From positions 1 to 34,464 of the forward strand of contig JBDRBK010000169.1 in NCBI GenBank assembly GCA_043822705.1: a stretch of 34,464 bases of DNA. Direction: 5' to 3'. Shown here piece after piece: positions 19,341-27,931 of the stretch. How positions within the stretch are numbered: the first letter of the stretch is position 1; each line of letters opens with the position of its first letter. The DNA is from Fidelibacterota bacterium (GTDB taxonomy: Bacteria; Fidelibacterota; Marinisomatia; Marinisomatales; TCS56). The notes below the pieces were generated by a model, which was not told the DNA's origin, did no database searches, and saw nothing but the letters and a program-made list of their open reading frames with translations. Position numbers and translations under genes: made by a program.

Positions 19341-21455
19341 GTGAAGAGTCCCGATTTGAAATCCAGTCCACCGATTACATCGCAGAAAATCCAACGCCTC
19401 CGCTTCTACCTGGTCCTGCGCCAGAAGTTGCAAAATTATATCCGAAATACGCTCACCGGGATGAAGAATTACGATCAGTTATTCCTGCTGATTACTGCCG
19501 CGATAATCGGTATAATCGGGGGTGTCATAGCAGCCGGCTTTCAGCAGTTGATCGGTGGTTTCCGCACCCTATTCTGGGGTAGCGGTCATTTTCTTGAAGT
19601 AATCCGTGAGACACCGGTATGGCTCAGAATTCTGATTCCGGCCATCGGCGGTGCAGCCGTCGCCTGGTTCGTGTACAAATTTGCCCCGGAGGCCAAAGGG
19701 CACGGCGTCCCGGAAGTCATGGATGCGGTGGCCTCCAAGAACGGCTTTATCCGGATGCGGGTCGTGCTGGTCAAGGCGCTGGCTTCGGCTGTCACCATCG
19801 CCTCCGGCGGTTCGGTTGGCCGGGAAGGACCGATCGTCCAGATCGGTTCGGCCTTCGGCTCCTCCATCGGCCAGATGTTGCAGGTCTCCCGCCGACGTAT
19901 GAAGACATTCGTCGGCTGCGGGGCTGCCGCCGGAATCGCCGCGACCTTTAACGCCCCGATCGCCGGTGCGATCTTCGCCAGTGAAATCATCCTTGGCGAT
20001 TTCAGCGCCGCCTCGATCGGTCCCCTGATGATATCATCGGTGATGGCCACAGTAGTGGCTCATTCGATAATCGGCGACTTCACCGCTTTCACACCTCCTT
20101 CCTACGCTTTGAATTCACCGGTTGAACTGGTGTTTTATGTTCTGCTGGGAATCGCCGCCGGCCTGGTAGGCTGGAGTTTTATAAAAATTCTGTACCGGAC
20201 CGAAGACCTATTTAATAATATCCGGCACCATGTGGCCATCAAGGCGGTGATTGGTGGAGCCATCCTCGGCGGCGTGGCGCTTTTCTTCCCTCAGATCATG
20301 GGGGTCGGCTACGAAACGATCGACCTGGTTCTGGCCGGTCAACTAACAGCTACTCTGGCACTGATCCTGTTAGTGACCAAGATCCTCGCCACCAGCCTGA
20401 CGCTGGGTTACGGTGGCTCCGGCGGTATTTTCGCGCCGTCACTGTTCATGGGCTCGATGCTGGGCGGCGCCATGGGCGGATTGTTCAATCATTTCTTCCC
20501 GGCCCTGGGAATCTCACCCGGCGCCTACGCCCTGGTGGGGATGGCCGCCGTGGTATCGGCAACGACCTGGGCACCAATCACGGGGATCCTGATCATCTTC
20601 GAAATGACGATGGAATACACCGTCATCCTGCCGGTGATGATTTCCAGCATCATCGCCATGATCCTGACCCAGAGGCTCAGTGACGGCTCGATTTATACGA
20701 TCAAACTGAAACGCCGCGGAATCGATCTGTTCCGGGGCCGTAACATCAATGTTTTAAATCGTCTGGAAGTTGCCAAAATCAAGCGCACCGCCTGTGATAC
20801 GATCGCTGCCACCGCCTCCGCTCAGGATGCCCTGACCAAGATCGCCCAGTGCGAAGGCGCTCATCTGTACGTCACCGATGAACATGGCGCCCTGATCGGA
20901 ACCCTGTCGCTGGGATCGGTCCGCCGCTACCTGAGCCGCCATGAAGAACTGCCGGCCCAGGCAGCCGCCATCGATCTGGCCAATACTCGCTATAAAATGA
21001 TCACCGATCATACTCAGGTCGACGAAGCGTTGCGCCTGATGACCGAACTGGACGTATCCAATCTGGCGGTGATCGATGATGATAGTGTCCTGTCCGGAAC
21101 GATCTTCAAAGAGGATATTCTGCGGGAATATCAGGAATTGTTGTTGCAGGAGGAATCGGCGCACAGTGTCGGATCGGCCCTGAAATTCGTGCAGAAGTAC
21201 GACCACCCCAAGACCGAAGTGATTCGCGGCTTTTTCCTGGCGAATATCGATGTGCCGTCGCCGTTCGTCAACTCGACCGTACCGGCGCTGAATATCCGGA
21301 AAAAATATGACGTGGATGTGCTGCTGATCCGCCGCAAAACCGATGAAGGCTATTCCAATCTAACGCCCGGTCCGCGGGTGCGATTGCAAAGCGGCGACCA
21401 GATTCTGTTGTTCGGTGAGGAGAAAAAGGTCGACCGGGTCTGCCAGTTGAATTAA
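19341..21455 (+). CDS. ClC family chloride channel/transporter with CBS pair and C-terminal RCK_C (TrkA-C) domain
   Basis: GHGVPE, GREGP, FNAPIAG, GGIFAP and SIY motifs. Two CBS-like repeats. C-terminal LNIRKKYDVDVLLIRR...PGPRVRLQSGDQILLFG fits RCK_C. Start uncertain. Confidence 0.9.
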   Translation: MKSPDLKSSPPITSQKIQRLRFYLVLRQKLQNYIRNTLTGMKNYDQLFLLITAAIIGIIGGVIAAGFQQLIGGFRTLFWGSGHFLEVIRETPVWLRILIPAIGGAAVAWFVYKFAPEAKGHGVPEVMDAVASKNGFIRMRVVLVKALASAVTIASGGSVGREGPIVQIGSAFGSSIGQMLQVSRRRMKTFVGCGAAAGIAATFNAPIAGAIFASEIILGDFSAASIGPLMISSVMATVVAHSIIGDFTAFTPPSYALNSPVELVFYVLLGIAAGLVGWSFIKILYRTEDLFNNIRHHVAIKAVIGGAILGGVALFFPQIMGVGYETIDLVLAGQLTATLALILLVTKILATSLTLGYGGSGGIFAPSLFMGSMLGGAMGGLFNHFFPALGISPGAYALVGMAAVVSATTWAPITGILIIFEMTMEYTVILPVMISSIIAMILTQRLSDGSIYTIKLKRRGIDLFRGRNINVLNRLEVAKIKRTACDTIAATASAQDALTKIAQCEGAHLYVTDEHGALIGTLSLGSVRRYLSRHEELPAQAAAIDLANTRYKMITDHTQVDEALRLMTELDVSNLAVIDDDSVLSGTIFKEDILREYQELLLQEESAHSVGSALKFVQKYDHPKTEVIRGFFLANIDVPSPFVNSTVPALNIRKKYDVDVLLIRRKTDEGYSNLTPGPRVRLQSGDQILLFGEEKKVDRVCQLN

Positions 21456-21480
21456 CCGGCAGAAATTTCCGTGGTGGTTG

Positions 21481-21618
21481 TCAGCGCTTCCAGGTATTGG
21501 GTGAAAGAAATATTATCACCCCGAATATTTCCAGACGTCCAAGCAGCATATCGATTGTAAATATCCATTTGCCCGGATCCGGGATCGCACTGAAATTGAC
21601 CGTCGATCCGACCCCACC
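21481..21618 (-). pseudogene. trkH: Out-of-frame native C-terminus of TrkH (45 aa)
   Basis: Alternative frame reads GGVGSTVNFSAIPDPGKWIFTIDMLLGRLEIFGVIIFLSPNTWKR-stop, which contains the conserved MLLGRLE motif. Confidence 0.88.
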
Positions 21619-22922
21619 AAACCGGGTCCGACATTCCCCATCGTCGCGACCGATCCGGAAAATGCGGTAATCACGTCCACGCCGATGGCCGCCAGCAGTG
21701 CTGTGGAGATAAAAACGACGAACATATAGACGGATATATAGAGGACGCTCATTTCCAGCGCATTGACGTCGATTTTCGATTTATCCAGCGTCACCGGAAT
21801 GATCGCGCTGGGGTGCAGAAATTGGAGCATTTTTCGCTGCATTGCCTTGACAAACAACACAATCCGGTCCACTTTGATACCGCCGGAAGTGCTGCCGGCG
21901 CAGGCGCACTGGAGAGAAAAGAAGATTATCAGGACTTTCGCCAGCGGCGGCCAGAGATTGGTATCGGTGCTGGCAAATCCGGTCGACGTCCCGACCGATA
22001 CAATATTGAAGGCCGACCAGCGGAAGGCCGTTCCCCAAGGGATCGCCTGATCGAAATGCAGTTTAAGGGCTACTATAATCGTGCCGGCCAGCAAGGCCAG
22101 CAGATAATACTTCAGGATAGCGGAATGCATTAATTTTCTGACGCTTTTGGTGATCACCGAGTACAACAAGCCAAAATGAATACCGGATATGATCATGAAA
22201 ATAATAATTATGACCTCGATCGGAATGCTGTCATAATAGGCGATGCTGAGGTTCCTGGTTGAGAAACCACCGGTGGCAATTGTGGCGAATGAGTGGGTAA
22301 CGGCGTCGAACAATCCCATCCCCGCCAGCACCAGCGTAACGATTTCCGCCACCGTCAGTCCGATATAAACACTCAACAGAATCTGGGCCGCCTGCCTGGT
22401 GCGGAAGCGGAACTGGCTCATTGTATGATGAGACACTTCAGACCGGTACAGGACCATCCCCGCCACTCCCATGAACGGCAGGATGGCCAAAACGAATACA
22501 ATAATTCCGGTTCCACCGATCCAGTGCGTGGTGGCGCGCCAGAACAGCAGACCACGGGGTAGCGCTTCGATATCCGATAAAATTGTCGATCCGGTAGTCG
22601 TGTAACCCGACACGCTTTCAAACCAGGCGTTGGTCAAACTGAATTCCCCACCCCACAATAAATACGGCAGCATGCCGATGACAGCCGAAGTCAGCCAGCT
22701 CGATACGACGATCGCCAGCCCCTCCTTGTTGGATATATCGATCGAAGGCGGAATAAAAATCAGGGGGAATATTCCAAATAACAGGGCAATGATTGCCGTG
22801 TACACCAGGGGAAACTGGTCGCTGCCGGAATCAGTGAAAGATATCAGGGCCGCAATGAACAGAAAGACTGCATTCAGCAGTATTATCAGTCCGACATAAC
22901 GCAATATAACATGAATTCTCAT
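21516..22922 (-). CDS. trkH: TrkH family potassium uptake membrane protein (C-terminus disrupted by a 1-bp frameshift near 21620)
   Basis: Filter motifs FESVSGYTTTGS, ATGGFS, STGFAS, GSTSGGIK, GNVGPG. After GPG the reading frame leaves TrkH-like sequence. Confidence 0.92.
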   Translation of the reverse strand: MRIHVILRYVGLIILLNAVFLFIAALISFTDSGSDQFPLVYTAIIALLFGIFPLIFIPPSIDISNKEGLAIVVSSWLTSAVIGMLPYLLWGGEFSLTNAWFESVSGYTTTGSTILSDIEALPRGLLFWRATTHWIGGTGIIVFVLAILPFMGVAGMVLYRSEVSHHTMSQFRFRTRQAAQILLSVYIGLTVAEIVTLVLAGMGLFDAVTHSFATIATGGFSTRNLSIAYYDSIPIEVIIIIFMIISGIHFGLLYSVITKSVRKLMHSAILKYYLLALLAGTIIVALKLHFDQAIPWGTAFRWSAFNIVSVGTSTGFASTDTNLWPPLAKVLIIFFSLQCACAGSTSGGIKVDRIVLFVKAMQRKMLQFLHPSAIIPVTLDKSKIDVNALEMSVLYISVYMFVVFISTALLAAIGVDVITAFSGSVATMGNVGPGLVGSDRRSISVRSRIRANGYLQSICCLDVWKYSG

Positions 22923-23683
22923 CGATCCTGATTTTCCTGATTCAGGCGGGAATTCAACGCTTCCAGCTCCCGGGCCAGTTGACCGATTTCATCTTTGGTG
23001 CGGATATTGAAAGTCAGCGCGGCGCCCTTTCTGTTGTAATTATGAATTCCCCCGATCAGCATAATAATCGGTTTGATCATGAAATGATTCACCAGGTAGC
23101 TGAAAATCAGTGAAAACACCAGCGCGGCGACAATTGAGACAATTCCCGGCATGGCTGCCCGGTTGGCGGCGTTTCGTAGATCGGTGGCCTTGTTATACAG
23201 CTCCCGATCATTGACCAGAACCAGCTCGTTGACCGCGATTTTCACTTCCAGAAAGGCTCGGTGTGCCTCGGCAAAATACCAGTCCAAAGTATTAGAATCG
23301 GAATCTAAAGACGTCGGTTTTTCCCAGACGTTTTTATATATTATATATTTTTCCTGGATGTCATGGATCAGTAAATCTTCGCCTTCTTCCGTAATATTGC
23401 TACGCAGAATTTCCAGATTACAGATAAATACGCTGTCAGCCGACTCGATAAAGCGGCGGCCTTCCCGCCAGCGCCCCAGATGTAACAGCAGAATACCACT
23501 GTCTTCACGCTCCAGCGCTTCGATCATCATGACAGAAGAATTGATGCTTTTATAATTATTGTTCAGCATTTTCTGGACCGAACTGCCGATGAAGTTAAAA
23601 TGCATTATTGACCAGCCCCCGGCGATCGCCAACATCAACGATAATATAAAAAAACCGGACAGAATTTTTGTACGCAGGCTCAT
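22919..23683 (-). CDS. Membrane sensor protein: four-helix-bundle (4HB_MCP-like) periplasmic domain plus HAMP, no output domain
   Basis: MSLRTKILSGF TM1. NYKSI...MIEALEREDSG helical domain. TM2. HAMP-like IKPI...TKDEIGQLA followed by stop. ATGA overlap with trkH. Confidence 0.8.
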   Translation of the reverse strand: MSLRTKILSGFFILSLMLAIAGGWSIMHFNFIGSSVQKMLNNNYKSINSSVMMIEALEREDSGILLLHLGRWREGRRFIESADSVFICNLEILRSNITEEGEDLLIHDIQEKYIIYKNVWEKPTSLDSDSNTLDWYFAEAHRAFLEVKIAVNELVLVNDRELYNKATDLRNAANRAAMPGIVSIVAALVFSLIFSYLVNHFMIKPIIMLIGGIHNYNRKGAALTFNIRTKDEIGQLARELEALNSRLNQENQDR

Positions 23684-23801
23684 GGGTTACCTCAATTGGA
23701 AAATATGCAAAAAAACGATGCCAAAATTTAGGTGATTTATAGCCAAAATCGGTCGTGAAATTTAAGTCCCCGCCAATCGGGACTACGGGAACCGGGAACC
23801 G

Positions 23802-24686
23802 TTATTTGACGATCAGTACCGTACCGCGGCCTTCGCTGAGAACCTTCAGCGGTTTGCTGCCGACGAAAAACTTCTTGAACGGATTCTGCCCGGAAACACC
23901 CATAACAATGATATCGTTGGCACCCGCCGATTCCATTATCACCGTAGCCGGATCGCCGATTTTAAGCTGGCGTTCATGGGAGACACCGGCATTTTCCAGG
24001 TAGCGGCAGGCCCGCTCCGATGCTCCCAGGTAGCCGGGACCGAATTTCTTCCGTTTGGAAACGGTCAAGACATCCGCCTCGACGCCCAGGGCACTGGCAA
24101 TCTGAATACCGTAGTTGACTGCCTTCAGCGTGCCCCGTGAATCATCGACCGCCAGCAGCAACCGGTAGGGTTGGTTGAAATCGAAATTCCGGATAACCAG
24201 GATCGAACTGTCGATAAACTGCACCAGATCGTGCGCCATGCGGCGCTTCTGACTGCCGCCGATAATTGTAACCTCGTATTTGTGCTTGTTGACCTCGTCC
24301 CGTAATTCTGAAATGATGTCGCCATAACGCAGAATCAGGCTGACGCGGTCGCAGAAAATCCCTTCCAGATTGATTTCCCCCCGGTCGCCGGCCCGTTCGG
24401 ACAATAAAGTTTTCTGGAATCCGGCGCTGACACTGCCCTCTTTGACAAAGCCGAAGCTCACCAGATAATCATAAGCCCACTCCAGAACATCGACGGCCGG
24501 CTGGTCGAAATCCCAGCGCTCCATCGATTCCTGGGCCAGCCGCACCTGGTCCATTGCGAAGGAACTGGGTTTGTTGCCGACACAGGCCACAGTCACACAG
24601 GCCTTGAAGGCGCGGGCGATTTCCAGACCGACCCGCAGGGTCGGTTCGGAATATTCGATACTCGAAATGGCAATCAGAAATCTCAT
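23802..24686 (-). CDS. Universal stress protein (tandem USP domains)
   Basis: Two USP repeats (FLIAISS...; LLLAVDDS...GDPATVI...DIIVMG...GSKPLKVL...VLIVK). ATG 24686 with GGAG RBS. Confidence 0.88.
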   Translation of the reverse strand: MRFLIAISSIEYSEPTLRVGLEIARAFKACVTVACVGNKPSSFAMDQVRLAQESMERWDFDQPAVDVLEWAYDYLVSFGFVKEGSVSAGFQKTLLSERAGDRGEINLEGIFCDRVSLILRYGDIISELRDEVNKHKYEVTIIGGSQKRRMAHDLVQFIDSSILVIRNFDFNQPYRLLLAVDDSRGTLKAVNYGIQIASALGVEADVLTVSKRKKFGPGYLGASERACRYLENAGVSHERQLKIGDPATVIMESAGANDIIVMGVSGQNPFKKFFVGSKPLKVLSEGRGTVLIVK

Positions 24687-24714
24687 TCCGATTCTCCCGA
24701 ATTTGGTAAAAATT

Positions 24715-26112
24715 TCAAAACAGAATTCTCCAGTAAGTGTTGGCGTAAACAATCAGAATAATTATCGAAGCCAGCCCCACCTTCCAGCCGGCCCGCAGAA
24801 AATCCCGGGCGTTTACTAATCCGCTGGAATAAATAATGGCACAGGCCGGTGCGGCCACAGCGGTGAAAAATCCGAAGGCGGAAGCTACGGCGGTGATCAA
24901 GCCCTGGTGCAGAATATCCGGTCCCATATTCATAGTGATCGGACCCAGCACCGCCACCGTCGCCGAACTGGACAATGTATTGGCCATGGCCGTGGTCAGG
25001 CCGACAATCACCACGTCGGTAATTAATCCGGTGCCGGAACCGACATTCAGCAGCGCCACCAGTTTCCGCGCCAGCCACACGGCTGTTCCGGTGGTCTGCA
25101 TGTAGGTACCCAGCGCGATCGTCGCCCCGAACAGAATGATCACGCCCCAGTGGGTGTTGCGCCTGATATCATCCCATTTCACCAAACCGAAAACCAGGTA
25201 CAGCATGACGCCGGTCAGGGCGATGGTGCCCAGACCATAGCGGGACGACAGGAATACCCAGCCCAGGAACACCAGCCCGAATATCAGCAGTCCGCCGACC
25301 TCGCGTCCGTGGATGGCACCTTCCCGCGATACCTGGATTTTCAGACGCCGGACACTGCTGTCAAGATAGAGGTGCTCGGGGCTGAAACTGTGCCAGAGCA
25401 GATAGGAAAAAACCGGGATCAGGATCAATACCAGCGGATACACATACAGCATCCAGCGGGCGTAGGAAATTACCCCGGCCCCGTAATCATTCAGATAATT
25501 CATCATGATGGCGTTGCGACCACCGCCGGAAGGCGTACCAATCGAGCCGATCAGGGCGCCATAGGCGATGGAAAACAGCAGCACCGCCGCCAGCTCGCGC
25601 ACTTCTTCGCGCTTCTGGGAAGTATACCGGACCAGCGTCATCCCGATCGGCAGCATCAGCGCCACCACCGTGTGGCCGCCGACAAACGACGACAGAAGCG
25701 CGGAAATCGTGGCGAAACCGAAGGCTATCCGGCGGGTTTTATTGCCGGTCAGACGGATTATGCCCAGGGCGATCCGGGCGTCCCAACCCTGTTTGACGAT
25801 CGCCACCGCCAGCATCAGCGAGCCCATGATGAAAAAGACCGCATCATTGGTGAAGGCGTGGGCAATATTGTTGGGTGCATCGATGCCGAAATAGGCCAGG
25901 CTGACAATGATGAACAAGGCCGTGGCGGGCAGCGGGATCGGCTCGGCGATCACCAGAATCAGGGTGACGACGACCACCACCAGCAACCGGTGCCCGGCGG
26001 GTGCCAGCCCGGCCGGTGTGGGCAACGCCAGCAGGACCGCCCCGGTAACGATGGCGAACAGCAGCCAACGGGTCCGGGTCAGCCAGTACAGTAACGAGCG
26101 CAGAGTATTCAA
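24715..26112 (-). CDS. SLC13/DASS family anion (dicarboxylate/sulfate) transporter
   Basis: EPIPLPATAL, GSIGTPSGGGRN, WGVIILFG and related motifs. Many TM segments. TTG start at 26112 overlaps the rpiB stop. Confidence 0.88.
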   Translation of the reverse strand: MNTLRSLLYWLTRTRWLLFAIVTGAVLLALPTPAGLAPAGHRLLVVVVVTLILVIAEPIPLPATALFIIVSLAYFGIDAPNNIAHAFTNDAVFFIMGSLMLAVAIVKQGWDARIALGIIRLTGNKTRRIAFGFATISALLSSFVGGHTVVALMLPIGMTLVRYTSQKREEVRELAAVLLFSIAYGALIGSIGTPSGGGRNAIMMNYLNDYGAGVISYARWMLYVYPLVLILIPVFSYLLWHSFSPEHLYLDSSVRRLKIQVSREGAIHGREVGGLLIFGLVFLGWVFLSSRYGLGTIALTGVMLYLVFGLVKWDDIRRNTHWGVIILFGATIALGTYMQTTGTAVWLARKLVALLNVGSGTGLITDVVIVGLTTAMANTLSSSATVAVLGPITMNMGPDILHQGLITAVASAFGFFTAVAAPACAIIYSSGLVNARDFLRAGWKVGLASIIILIVYANTYWRILF

Positions 26113-26552
26113 ACGGGGTGGTCTAATTTTTCGATGCGGCGCTGATGCCGGCCGCCGGCGAAGGACTCCTGCAACCACAGGTCGATCATCTGCAGAGCCC
26201 GGTCGGTGGTCAGAAAACGCGCCCCCAGTGATAGAATATTGGCGTTGTTATGCTGCCGCGACAGGGTGACCAGTTCGTCAGGGCCATCGTAAAATACGGC
26301 GGCACGCACGCCCGGCACGCGGTTGGCGGCCATCGCCTCGCCCTGCCCGGAACCGCCCAGGATGATACCGACGGCGTCGTGATCGCCAGCCACGGCGGTT
26401 GCCACCGGAAAGATCAGATCGGGATAATCATCCTCGGGATCGTAAATCGATGCACCCAGATCCACCACCTGGTAACCGTTCTCCAGCAGATGTTCCCGGA
26501 TGGCTTCTTTCAAACTGAAACCGGCATGATCCGTACCCAGATAAATTTTCAT
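26109..26552 (-). CDS. rpiB: Ribose-5-phosphate isomerase B
   Basis: GTDHAGF, DDYPD, GGSGQGE..AANRV, SRQHNNANILSLGAR, GGRHQRRI. Confidence 0.95.
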   Translation of the reverse strand: MKIYLGTDHAGFSLKEAIREHLLENGYQVVDLGASIYDPEDDYPDLIFPVATAVAGDHDAVGIILGGSGQGEAMAANRVPGVRAAVFYDGPDELVTLSRQHNNANILSLGARFLTTDRALQMIDLWLQESFAGGRHQRRIEKLDHPV

Positions 26553-27223
26553 CCCGCGACAGCCTCTCTGAATTTATTGATTGTCGCCGAAGGATCGGCG
26601 GTATTGAAGATGGCCGAACCGGCCACCAGATTATCGGCCCCGGCGGCCACCACTTCCCGGGCGTTTTCCAGATTGATGCCGCCGTCGACCTGCAGCGTCA
26701 CCCGCTCGGACCAGCCCTGGCGATCCAGAAACTCCCGGATGCCGGCGATCCGCTCCAACGCGGCGGGAATGAAGGCCTGCCCGCCGAAACCGGGTTCGAC
26801 GCTCATCACTAGCACCAGGTCGGCCTGGTCCAGATAGGGCTCGATCAGCTCGATATTCGTTCCCGGTTTCAGGGTGATTCCGGCCTTGATGCCGTAACTG
26901 TGGATAAGCTCGATCACTTCCCGTGGGTGACCGGCGGCCTCCACATGAAAAGTGATCCCGTCGGCGCCCGCCCGGGCGAATGGTTCGACCCAGAACAAAG
27001 GATCGTAAACCATGATATGAACGTCGAAAAAGGTCTCGGAATGCGGTCGCAATGCTTTAACGACTGCCGGACCGATAGTGAGATTCGGTACGAAGTGACC
27101 ATCCATCACATCGATATGGATGTAATCGGAGCGCCCCCGGTCACAAAACTTCAGTGCTGTCCTAAGGTCCGAAAAATCGGCCGATAGTATGGAAGGGGCT
27201 ATTTTTATTGTAGAACCTGCCAT
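26549..27223 (-). CDS. rpe: Ribulose-phosphate 3-epimerase
   Basis: IAPSILSADF, HIDVMDGHFVPN, DVHIM, MSVEPGFGGQ, VDGGIN, VAGSAIF. Confidence 0.98.
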   Translation of the reverse strand: MAGSTIKIAPSILSADFSDLRTALKFCDRGRSDYIHIDVMDGHFVPNLTIGPAVVKALRPHSETFFDVHIMVYDPLFWVEPFARAGADGITFHVEAAGHPREVIELIHSYGIKAGITLKPGTNIELIEPYLDQADLVLVMSVEPGFGGQAFIPAALERIAGIREFLDRQGWSERVTLQVDGGINLENAREVVAAGADNLVAGSAIFNTADPSATINKFREAVAG

Positions 27224-27232
27224 TTGGGAATG

Positions 27233-27261
27233 AAATTAGCCCGTCCGCCGGGGACAATCAA
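27233..27261 (-). promoter_or_regulatory. Putative promoter TTGATT-N17-TAATTT for the rpe operon
   Basis: Lies just downstream of the vor terminator. The -10 element ends 9 nt before the rpe ATG. Confidence 0.5.
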
Positions 27262-27314
27262 AGGAAAGCTTGCAGCGCCGGTAAATGAATTCCAACGGCT
27301 CACGGACAGACTTG

Positions 27315-27357
27315 CAAAAAGAAACGGCAGCGGTTTTCGGAAAAACCGCTGCCGTTT
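27315..27357 (-). terminator. Rho-independent terminator of the 2-oxoacid oxidoreductase operon
   Basis: 16-bp perfect stem AAACGGCAGCGGTTTT / AAAACCGCTGCCGTTT, 4-nt loop, followed by CTTTTT on the minus strand. Confidence 0.88.
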
Positions 27358-27376
27358 ATCAGCTAAATATTGTGGA

Positions 27377-27931
27377 TCAGGAAACGGGTATTTCCGCCAC
27401 TACCAGCTCCCGGCCTTTGGCCAGCGCCTGCTCGTTCAACGGAATCAGTTTGTGGTGGCGTTCCGGCAGTACCTTGTACAACGCCTTGACCGCCGTGGCC
27501 GGCTTGATGATCGCTTTGGCTGCCAGCAGAGCGCCCAGCATCACCAGGTTGATCACCTTCTGGTTCTTCAGCTCCACCGCCGCCCGCGCCGCTGGTACGG
27601 CAATAACGGTGATGTCAGTCCGGGTCGGTGGTGTCAGAATGGCTTCCTCTTCGTACAGCAGCAGGCCGCCGGGTTTGACCGCCGTCTCAAATTTTTCCAG
27701 CGACGGCTGGTTGAAAATCACCACCGTATCAAATCTGGAAACGATCGGCGAGCTGATCGGCTCGTCGCCGTTGATGACAATACAGTTGGCCGTGCCGCCG
27801 CGCATTTCGGGACCATAGCTGGGCATCCAGGATACTTCCTGTCCCTCGATCATGCCGCCGTAAGCCAGCAGCATACCCATGGATAAAACGCCCTGTCCGC
27901 CGAATCCGGCGATAAGAGTTTCTTCGGTCAT
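27377..27931 (-). CDS. 2-oxoacid:ferredoxin oxidoreductase gamma subunit
   Basis: AGFGGQGV, PSYGPEMRGGTANC, NLVMLGA. Confidence 0.95.
   Translation of the reverse strand: MTEETLIAGFGGQGVLSMGMLLAYGGMIEGQEVSWMPSYGPEMRGGTANCIVINGDEPISSPIVSRFDTVVIFNQPSLEKFETAVKPGGLLLYEEEAILTPPTRTDITVIAVPAARAAVELKNQKVINLVMLGALLAAKAIIKPATAVKALYKVLPERHHKLIPLNEQALAKGRELVVAEIPVS

Noticed and set aside
21452..21634. 60-aa minus-strand ORF after trkH
   Set aside because: It is the third reading frame across the frameshifted trkH tail, not a separate gene.
26113..26178. N-terminal extension of the DASS ORF
   Set aside because: It overlaps rpiB. The TTG at 26112 coupled to the rpiB stop is a better start.
27224..27886. 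220-aa plus-strand ORF
   Set aside because: It runs through a terminator and is antisense to the gamma subunit.
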